The translations under genes were made by a program, and so were the position numbers. A stretch of 45,931 nucleotides of DNA from the NCBI RefSeq assembly GCF_001194135.2, contig NC_069001.1, forward strand, positions 21,535,008 to 21,580,938, given 5' to 3'. The notes under the pieces are model-generated. The model had not been told where the DNA came from and searched no databases. It saw only the letters and a program-made list of their open reading frames with translations. The DNA is from Octopus bimaculoides (lineage: Eukaryota). Below, one piece after another: positions 36,591-45,931 of the stretch (the first letter of the stretch is position 1; each line of letters starts with the position of its first letter).

Positions 36591-37491
36591 TAAATCATAG
36601 ACATTTTCAACTTTCTGCTTTATGTATGTGAGAGCCCACTGCGTGTGGACCTATACTTACAGCGTTCCTTTCAAGTTCCTTTCTTCAGCCAAACTAAAAA
36701 TAATTGTAGTTACATTAAGCAAAAACTGTATTTATACACAAATATCTTACACCACCGATGATCTTCAGTCGTAGTAAATCTTATTAATTTTACATTTTAC
36801 TAATTTCACTTCGGTCTTTGTTGCTCTTGACAACTACAGAAATCTCACAACTTCCCGTTTGACTTTGAAATCAAATCAATATCAATGTCTTATTTAGAAA
36901 GCAGAATTCCACTACATCAAAACTAAATATATTTCCTTATACTAAGTAAAATTAATGTCAAACTTCATTTCGTAATTCGAAAAACCTAGCTTGAAGACTG
37001 CTGAAATGAAAATTTAATAAGCAAGAACTACAGATGTCAATTCAAATATTTCTACTTATTAATCTATACACAGCTGACACGAACAGCAACGAAGCACATT
37101 GATAAAGTTGTTTGACCGCAGAAAGAATTATAGAATTTAACAATGGACTACACACGGCAGGATAACGTATCAAATGATTCTTTCAGTTAAACATTCTATC
37201 ATTCTCAATGGACTACAAACACGAATAAGACGCAAAATAAAAATTCACTCCCATATATAAACTTATCAGGAAAACAAGCGTATAGCTGATCCAAATAAGA
37301 GAATATCGAGTTAAGGATCAGTGCTTCTTACGCGTTCTAAATCATTAAATGATATTCACATTACTGCACGTTTGAATGTTGACCAGTACTAAATGAGTAG
37401 AATCGTGCTAAAACTATATATATATATACGAGCATACATGCATAGAGACAATGATTCAAATAAACATAATACTCCTTGGATTTGATGTACA

Positions 37492-37494
<3 letters not shown>

Positions 37495-37543
<49 letters not shown>
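37495..37543. repeat. (TA)n microsatellite
   Basis: Direct reading. Confidence 0.99.
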
Positions 37544-37544
<1 letters not shown>

Positions 37545-37551
<7 letters not shown>

Positions 37552-37775
37552 TTAAAATTATTTAAAATTATAATACAGGGTATCAAGAGATACCACCACG
37601 CTGAAAAAATAGCAGTCAAATCCTGACTCCAAAACCACAATAAATGTCCGCAAGGCACGATTAGCGAAGACGAAGACCAAATAAACCAGTAAAAATAATA
37701 AGATAATTTAAAATCCTGGATTTCTGGCTTTGCATAAATGCTCTGCCTTCATCAGTGAAATATACTCAAGTACAT
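37545..37775 (-). mobile_element. Short PLE-LTR/retrozyme-like unit ending in (AT)n
   Basis: Contains the best hammerhead in the window, followed by about 160 nt and then (AT)n on the minus strand. Element status and boundaries are inferred. Confidence 0.55.
37706..37761 (-). ncRNA. Type I hammerhead ribozyme motif with intact core (family E)
   Basis: atttca CTGATGA a ggc-aga-gcat-tt-atgc-aaa-gcc a GAAA tcc-a-gg ATT ttaaat: stem I 5/6 bp, stem II ggc/gcc plus gcat/atgc, near-palindromic stem III, AUU site. Confidence 0.7.
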
Positions 37776-37784
37776 ACTCAAGTA

Positions 37785-38760
37785 TGGTTTCGCTGGATGG
37801 GAAATCTGGTTCAATCGTAGATCGAAGTTGGGTACATGGTATGCGGAGTGTCGCAAGGCACTCCTGCTTTTCCGTCGTTCGGGCAATTCTTGTGGTGGTG
37901 GTTCCACTGCTGTCTTTTATAGAGGGTTTGTAGAGGCGGAATGCCATGATACATTGGGAGAGACCCTAGGTTTTGACGATAATCAGCTGGCCAGTCTGTT
38001 ACAACGTACGTTCGGGCCGAAGACCCCGGATAATTTTCAGAAGTCTTTGGTAAGGCAGTGTTACCGCGGAGCCTTACCTGTCCGGGATAAACTTTCAAGG
38101 CACGCTGGCCGAGACACTCCGATCTGTCCAAGATGTGGGCAGGACAAGGAAACCGTCCCGCACGCTATAGTTCAGTGCCCGGAAGTGTCTGACGTGTGGG
38201 TTTATGCTGAACAACTGCTGTCAGGTGGAGGAAGAGTACGGCTGTCGACTGAATCTATAGTGAACATTAACCCACCGGATTTCTTAACGAAAGGAGGTAA
38301 GAATTGTTTTCTCTCTGTAGTAGCAACTGCGAGAGGGATTAATTGGAGGACAAGAATGAAAGGAATAAGTTCAGGCACCTTTATCTCTGGCCCTAATCTG
38401 GTGAATTTTTTCATATTCCACCTAAAAGGTAAATAGGGCTGGAGAGGGGATGTTTGACTGAAGACAGGTTTGGAAAATGTGGAAGAATGTCGCACGAATG
38501 AATGTTGGGCATGAAAGACTCCGCGTGAATGCGATATGGTTTAAAAACCCAGGTCAGTGGTAAGGCGGGGTTCGTGGGGTCCGTTATAATCCCGCCTCCA
38601 CTCCATCTGTTATGTCTTTACATACAAGCATACACACCGTCAATATGATATATGTTTTTAGAATTTTTAAAAGGACCCCAATCGCATTTCTTGTAAAATC
38701 ATTCGATTTCATTATGCTGTCCCTTCTATGTATGTCCTTATGGATAATAAAAAATTAAGA
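37785..38760 (+). mobile_element. L1/Tx1-clade LINE 3' end (ORF2 C-terminus with zinc-binding motif plus 3' UTR), 5'-truncated
   Basis: Stop-free 202-aa ORF 37828-38436 with GALPVRDKL and CPRCGQDKETVPHAIVQC (CX2CX8HX4C); A-rich end. Confidence 0.85.
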
Positions 38761-38767
38761 AAAAATT

Positions 38768-38955
38768 AAGCACGCCGGGCGAAATGCTTAGCGGTATTTC
38801 GTCTGTTTTTACGTTCTGAGTTCAAATTCCGCCATGGTTGACTCTCATCCTTTTGGGGTCGATACATTAAGTACCGGTTGCGTACTGGGGTCAATCTAAT
38901 CGACTGCCCCCTCCCCCAAAGTTTCGGGCCTTGTACCTAGAGTAGAAAAGAATAA
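38768..38955 (+). mobile_element. SINE family 2, well preserved
   Basis: gcacgccgggcgaaatgcttagcggtatttcgtctg...gttcaaattccgcc...gggccttgtacctagagtagaaaagaat. Confidence 0.92.
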
Positions 38956-40883
38956 TTCGTTACAGATTCTCATAAGCTTGGAGCCGATGGAATTTATAAG
39001 GAGAAATAGGATGGATCATTTGAAAAGGCAGGTATTAGAAACAGAGTTGCAGAAGATAAAGTGAACTTTATATTGCATTGACAGTGAGAAGTCAGCTCGT
39101 GACGGTGTAAGACCACGTAGAGTTAAGAGCCCAAGAATTTCCTATTCATGAATTTGTTTTGAATAGGTACAGCACTGAACCTACTTTTCAGCGCAAAATC
39201 TATAACACCAGTGGCACAATATAAATAAAGACAACCCGAAGCTGACTGCACTTCAAGTTTTATATACGGATTTACCTTCTCTTAGAAGGAAGTTCTAATG
39301 TGAATTTATGCTCCTTCACACTCAGTTTTCAATATATCAGCTAACCTTTTACTGGGACCCACAGGTGCTACAAATCCGGATCCATTTAGAGCTGGGAATA
39401 GATAATGGCTAAAAAGGTGGTTTCACACTTCTCAAAACCCTAGGGCTCCTGAAATTGGGCCCTAACTACTGGATGCAGTTTAAAGCCATACCCAGGACAA
39501 AGTGATAAGAATGGACAACTCCTACCAGCAGATATACAATTATTTGCAAAAAAGAAAGAATATGATGTCAAAGAATTATTGAGATAATGTATATTTTTTT
39601 TACACTGGGATGAAACATCTACTTCTTGAAAGAAGAGAAAAGTTCCAAAGTAAAGTTTACCTTTGAGGAAAGTGGACAGGAATACATGAAATCAAGTTTA
39701 TAAGAACTGAAAATCATAGAAAATATGTATATGATCAGTGCGATAGTCATTGATAATTACTTATTACTTATGTCATCAGAACCAATAAAAAACAACTAGA
39801 AATGTGAACGTGAAGAAAACTATTTTAGAATGACATTGGGCAAACGTAGTCTTGGATGAACTCTGCACAGAAGTGTGAGAATGTTAAGACAAAGAAAAAA
39901 TACACTAAAAAGAAGTAGACTAAGATGAAGGCATGAAATAAAATAAGGAAGAAGAGGATATAGGAGGAGGAAGAGGAGGAGGAGGAGGAGAGAAGGGGAG
40001 AAGGGGAAAAGAAGAAGAGAAAGAGAAAAAGAATAAAATGGATAAAAAAGAAGAAATAAAAAGAGAAAGCAAAAAAAAAAGAAAAATCTGTAACGAAAGA
40101 TAATTAACTGACTAGGCTTCGGGGTTCTACCGAATGGTGGATAATTGCAATAGTGGATTAAAAAAGTTAAAGAAATTGAAAATTAAATAATAAAAAAAAA
40201 TCAGTTATAGTGAGTATCATGTAAGTGAGTATCATGTAAGCCAGTATTAGTGGGCTAATGTATCAGGCACAAATTAGCTTTCTGGAATTCAGAAAATATA
40301 AATCTTTTCAGAAAACAGAAAACAGTAAACATAATTACACTAAAGAGGGATATAAATACACGCACAAATTGAAAAGGGATTCCAGAACGAAGTTTTATAT
40401 TGATAATATCACCTTGAAATTTATATTCGACAGAAAACTTAGTTATGGTAAAATAACTTAATAACAAAACTACTAAGTATCTACAGCATTTTTAATTGTA
40501 TAGTCTCAATTCCAATTATCGACTCAGTAAATTCTTTTTAATTCTGTAAATTCCAAGAGTTAGCATATTTTATTGTATTTAGTTGCTTTTTACTGTTACC
40601 ATATTTTACACTCAACTGTTGAGCCTGGAAATCCCAGACGACGCTATGTATTTTTAATAATCTTTTTCTGAGACAGCAGCAAAACTTAGTTTAACTTACT
40701 GTCCATTCTTGAACATCATTATTTATACATATTAATGCTTTCAACTAAATAGATTTACGCATGTGACCTTTCCTATTTTTATTTCTAAAGTACTAACTCT
40801 TTACTCTTACGTGACTATATCTTTTCTTAACCGCCTTTGCGTTTTAATCCTGTCTATTCCACATAGGTACCAACAACTTGAAA

Positions 40884-41019
40884 TTCTTCTTCTTCTTCTT
40901 CTTCTTCTTCTTCTTCTTCTTCTTCTTCTTCTTCTTCTTCTTCTTCTTCTTCTTCTTCTTCTTCTTCTTCTTCTTCTTCTTCTTCTTCTTCTTCTTCTTC
41001 TTCTTCTTCTTCTTCTTCT
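40884..41019. repeat. (CTT)n microsatellite
   Basis: Direct reading. Confidence 0.99.
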
Positions 41020-41145
41020 CTAAATTCATATTTCGCCTTCATAATTTCATTTCCATTATCTTCACATGCATACATATATATTTAGATACAAGCATACACA
41101 ACACAAGCACACACACGCATGTGCATACGTTGTATATTGTCTAAT

Positions 41146-42460
41146 CTTATATATATAGATATAAATGAGAGACTCTGTCTGTTTGTTTGTTCGGCAAAAT
41201 GACGGTAAATGGTTCAGGGGAAGCTATTATACTTTTTCTATATATACGAAATCGGAATTCTGCCTCTTTCTTTCTCGGTCAAAATGAAAGTACCTGTTTC
41301 AGGGGAAGCTATTGTGCTATTGCCTAATTTGTCTGAACAAAAATTATGCAATGGAACAATACTAATTGTGCACAAACTTATCAGGAACTGCATTCTGACT
41401 GGTTGTGGTAAAGGTGAGACCGTCTTCATTCCCCGCATACCAGTGATACCATATAATGTCCTATTCTAGTTTAAGCGGTTACAGTTTCCTATCCCACTTT
41501 CTTTTGCCATGAGCATTAATAACACTCAGGGCCAAACATTAAAAGTTGCTGGATTGCAACTTCAAGAACTATGCTTTTCACATGCCAACTTTATGTAGGA
41601 ACAAAAGCAAATCTTTTTGCTTATGCACCCCGAAATTAAACAAAAATTATTCACCCTTAATACAACAAGAATGCTTCAATAATTTAACGTGTATAACATC
41701 GATCTTTTTTCTACTTCAATTACTACATGTTTTCTCATGTATACATACAGGAGGAGTAAATCTAAATCTGTAGGAGTAGTCTCACCCTGGTTCAGATTCG
41801 AAACTGAATTTTTCAATTGTCCTTGGCCATGCGGTCTATTCAAATGTCAAAAGTAACTGCAACAATGGGTGTTCTACTTGACCTGTTACCTTTTCAGTGC
41901 CATCGCACAGTCACCCACATTCCGTAAAGCTATTCTTCTGTATGATATAACTATTTTCTACCTTCGTTCATGTTGAAACTGAATCTTTCAATTCTCTTTC
42001 TTCAATTATTACGTGTTTTTAACAATCATGCTTTTAACATGGCTAACTTTATGCAGGAGCATCACGCGTGGGAGTAAAAGCAAATCTTTTTGCTTATGCA
42101 CCTCGCAATAAAACAAAAAATATCGTTTGTGAAGAAATACTCACTCTTAATACAACATAAATACTTAAATTATTTATTTAGCCATTACTATTATTAGATT
42201 CAAGAATGAAATCGATCTTTTTTCTACTTCAATTATTACATGATTTTTTTTCTCTTATGAAATACACACATACAAGAGGTTCATGTATGAAATTGATTTT
42301 TTCTACTTAAATCATTACATATTTTTCTCTTATAAAATACACAAATACAAGAGGAGTAAATTATATATATAATAATACATTGAATGTGGCTCTCGAGAAA
42401 CAGCAATGTTACTGCTAGTAACTGATATATGAAAAATATGCATGTTAATCCATACAAATA
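41146..42460 (+). mobile_element. Non-autonomous Helitron with PIF1-type helicase C-terminal remnants
   Basis: TC-tatatata...tgagagactctgtctgtttg start; PNLSEQKLCNGTILIV...GCGKGETVFIPRIPVIP...FKRLQFPI.LSFAMSINNTQGQTLKVAGLQL (41320-41565); SRVGVKANLFAYAP.NKTKNIV (42062-42130). The 3' end is uncertain. Confidence 0.85.
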
Positions 42461-42543
42461 TTTACTAGTAAGTAGAAACACATAACCCATTGCAGTCGTA
42501 ATTAAATTCTTCTCAGTTGACGGAAACTAAAAGAAGCCAGTCG

Positions 42544-42675
<132 letters not shown>

Positions 42676-42684
42676 GTGTGGTGG

Positions 42685-42770
42685 GGTAGACTTGCTCGAC
42701 TAAACCCTTTAAGGCGGTGCTCCATCATGGCCGCAGTAAAATGACTGAAACAAGTAAAAGAATAAACAGA
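42685..42770 (+). mobile_element. SINE family 1 tail
   Basis: gctcgactaaaccctttaaggcggtgctccatcatggccgcagtaaaatgactgaaacaagtaaaag. Confidence 0.85.
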
Positions 42771-42899
42771 TTTACGCAATATTTCGTTTTGGTGTTTGTG
42801 ATTGTATTATCGAGCGGATCCTGTATTATGTAGGTTAGATATATTAACTAAGAGGTTTACGGCAGTAGACGTTAGCCTTTACAGAAATGATAACTTGAC

Positions 42900-43640
42900 T
42901 ATAACAAAAGTCGCTGCACAATACATAAATTTCATTTCTCAGCCTAAAATAGACAGTATTTTAACTAGAATTAACTTATACGAAGCTGTCATAGAGTTAC
43001 ACACAAATGTAAATAAATCATTCTGAGATTTTAAAATTATTCAAGAAAGAACTTCCTCACCGCCATCGAATTTTAGGCACGTCATGAAAATACCAATAAA
43101 TTGGTTTTCTAGTGATGTGGCCTGCAATAAGGAAATATTCAATAAACCAAGTCTATATTTATGATAAGCCTTTACTGAGTAGTGACTGAATAAAAGGTCC
43201 AAGAGTATACTCAAATCCATGAAAATAACACCATAATCTCATAAGATGCACACCACTTTTCATTCTTTTAAATCAAATATCAAAATATTCTTCCCTACCA
43301 AATTAAGCGTATGAAAATCGTTTTTAGGATCCAGAACTTAAATTCATCTACTGTGTGTCAATAAAATGAAAAATATTTAATTTCACATGAATCCATAATT
43401 CCATAATTTATGAGTGAAATTTTTTTTCTATAAAACCGAATATATATTTGGCATGCTTAAAAGGCAATTCAATGACTGATATTATCACCATAAATTCTTT
43501 TTTACTTACATCGAACTGAGAAGTGTAAAAATATAACCGATTATTGATTTATGCAAAAAACTTTCTAGATACTACTTTATAGGATATTTGCCCCACCATT
43601 ATTCGTAATGTGAATATGGCATCGGAAGCCTCTATTAAAG
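42900..43640 (-). mobile_element. Very old LINE RT fossil (RTE/L2-like)
   Basis: SDAIFTLRI motif, then weak matches K.GV, DLLFSHYS and YFHDV (YADD-like) in order. Confidence 0.4.
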
Positions 43641-44024
43641 GAATTAGATCCTCGATGTACGCAAATTTTACATAGAGTCACAGACATATGCATGTTTTAT
43701 CCTACTGTTTCCTTCTTTTTCAATTCCCTTTTAATTCCTGTAATTACCTTCTTGTTTATCTCTGACAAGCGCTCCTACCTACTGTTCATTTACTTAGATG
43801 TTGGTCGATCTAGGGGACCATTGACGCCATTCAAAAGACAGTTCCTGACTTCCTCAGACACTTGTTTATAGCCTACTATATCATTTAATTGACACTTTGT
43901 AATTAATTATAGTGATTCCAACGTCTCGGTTCTGGTTGTAATTAATCCTTCTTTCTCATTACAATTTCTTCTTCAAAGATACTATTCCAACTCATTGTGT
44001 TTAAAAGAAAATATTTATATTTTT

Positions 44025-44435
44025 GCCTTTCACAGTGAACCTCTTCTCGTCCACAAATGCGAGAGTTTTTCTTGCACCCTGATGCTTGATGAATGACAGA
44101 AGCTTTGGGCGTCTCTCGGCTCTAATTGCTTTGGCCTTCGCTGTTAGGAGGTGGCGGAGTCATCGAACATAATTAATTATGCCAAGTTTCCTGTTCATAG
44201 CTCTGGACTCCGTGGAATAGGGTACATCCCGTTTCTTTGCAATAGTTATCATGGATATGGATTGATTAGCTTTAATCGAAAGTTTGAAGCCAGCGAGAAA
44301 CTTTGAATTTGCGCTTGGAATCAACTCCAGTCTTGTCTTCTTTTCTATCAATCTTTCCCTCTTCTTTAAATTGTTTATACATGTCCTGTTTATAATGTGG
44401 CTTGTAGGTATTTGACATCTAATTCTAGCATATAG
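44025..44435 (-). mobile_element. Tc1/mariner (maT/DD37D-like) transposase N-terminal fossil
   Basis: IKANQSISMITIAKKRDVPYSTESRAMNRKLGIINYVR*LRHLLTAKAKAIRAERRPKLLSFIKHQGARKTLAFVDEKRFTV: HTH, RHLLT and first catalytic D (F.DEK). The subfamily is inferred. Confidence 0.8.
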
Positions 44436-44475
44436 GCGTTGATACCCCAGCGTACTTAATTATGATTATGTTTTT

Positions 44476-44779
44476 ATATTGTTGTATTTCGAGATGGTCA
44501 TTTTATTTGATATTTTTAATCTAAATTTTTTTTTGTCAAATAAACACACGCAATATATATATTCTCAGAATAGAGTAAGTGGCGCAAGAACACACACGGA
44601 AACGAAAAATGTCACTGAAGAGGTCACAGAGGTATGGCGAAAGATTTCCAGACAATGGACATTCGTTAAAATAATAAAATAACAGGAATAAACGAGTGAA
44701 AACAAAGTATTGCGTGAGTTAATTTGGCAAAAAAAAAAACAATAATAAATAAAATGACCATCACGAAATACAACAATAT
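44476..44779. mobile_element. 304-bp element with 33-bp terminal inverted repeats and an internal hammerhead-like motif (family F)
   Basis: 44476-44508 atattgttgtatttcgagatggtcattttattt vs reverse complement of 44747-44779 (1 mismatch); CTGAAGA g gtca/tggc GAAA at 44615-44642. Confidence 0.7.
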
Positions 44780-44954
44780 CTGTTTCAACACAGGATTTCA
44801 CTCCAATTGATAAGCATATATTTTTATAACTACATATATATATTACTGTTTGTTTTTATGTCCAGTTAATGTAAACAATTTAACCTTAATCTGATAGATT
44901 ACTCAATAATTTTGTAGAGTACAAATGTATTATTCTTAAACAAGAATGTTGTTG

Positions 44955-44999
44955 ACAGTGACTTCGAAGTTTCGACCAGCTAAGCCATTGTCCGACTGT
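44955..44999 (-). ncRNA. Type I hammerhead-like motif (family C, core mutated)
   Basis: acagt cggacaa tggcttagctggtc GAAA cttcgaa GTC actgt: perfect stem I, palindromic stem III acttcgaagt, GUC site. Confidence 0.55.
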
Positions 45000-45819
45000 T
45001 AGTCTTCTATTAATATAGTTTCTCTTGAATTGAAAATCACCTTTGGGTGTATGGGGTTGAGTGGATGGTAATTAGGGTTTTGTGGTTTGTTGTTAGGGAA
45101 AAGTCTTATGGAAGAATTTTAATTAATTATATTTGGGGTTATATTATAGTTTCGAATTTACTCATGTATGTAGAACTATGTAAACAATTTCTTAGGTGTT
45201 TCTCTTTTGTTAGGTAGGCACAAAGTATGACAGTATTTTTGTTGCTTTTCATATTATTGGATTTAGTCCTGTTGCTTTGGCAGTGTAAAACTCTGAAGTA
45301 CAAATTCTAGTATTTAAACCCTAAGTAAACTGGCTGCGTCAACTTTTCTCTCCAAAACAATGTAGTTACGTCGTAAGTTCAGGCTGGTCATTTCTGTACT
45401 TGTTATTGTGATTTCCGTTACTGTTTTGTTTTTATTTGTAAAAGTTGGGGTTATTAGTCAAGCAAGTCATGGTTTTGTTAGTATAGAAAGTTGTTTCTCT
45501 GTACTTTGATGTTCACAAAAGTGTTTGAATAAAGTTTGTACGTTTACTTTTTCTCTCTAGGTGTTCATTGTTCTATAAGAAATTTGATTAATATAGAGGG
45601 ATTTTAACCTACTTGTTTTATGAAGGTTGAATTCGTTTAGTGCTTCTTTATATCACTTTTTTTTAAAACACTGTTTCAGACATGTGCTAAAATGGGGCTG
45701 ATATATAGGGTATGTATATATTTATTTATAAAAATTGGGAACATATATACGATGAGAGAATCGTATATATTTTAGATCACACCTTAAAAATTTAACAATT
45801 GTTTCAATTCCATTAGCAC

Positions 45820-45895
45820 ATACATACATACATACATGCATACGTACATACATACATAATACATAATACATACATACATACATAAACATACATAC

Positions 45896-45926
<31 letters not shown>

Positions 45927-45931
45927 TATAT
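45820..45931. repeat. (ATAC)n/(TA)n microsatellite
   Basis: Direct reading. Confidence 0.97.

Noticed and set aside
36745-36775. Minus-strand CTGAAGA with catc/ggtg stem
   Set aside because: GAAA is absent (taaga) and stem I does not pair.
40258-40461. Cadherin-like FYIDNIT...RKLSY peptide
   Set aside because: It lacks DxD/LDRE/DxNDN motifs and is a very AT-rich short ORF.

Overview
AT-rich eukaryotic (metazoan) DNA with five assembly gaps and many microsatellites. The SINE families and (AAT)n/(AT)n content look like octopus/cephalopod; this is recognition from memory, not verified. I find no intact, recognisable host gene, no intact tRNA/rRNA gene and no prokaryotic features. Most ORF-track entries are microsatellite, N-run or decayed-transposon artefacts. 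The window is a graveyard of mobile elements: seven R4/Dong-like (RT plus restriction-like endonuclease) LINE pieces between 14.4 and 31.2 kb, mostly joined to (TAA)n microsatellites; RTE and L1/Tx1 LINE pieces; three Penelope-like (PLE) coding fossils; Chapaev-like, mariner and Helitron fossils; several MITEs; and two tRNA-derived SINE families. The most interesting unannotated signal is nine type I hammerhead-ribozyme-like motifs from about six short-repeat families. Most have the palindromic stem III typical of PLE/retrozyme minimal hammerheads, and some have apparently covariant cores (G3-C8, U3-A8). One family sits in a fold-back element that also carries a tRNA-like Pol III head. All alignments and folds were done by eye and none are database-confirmed.
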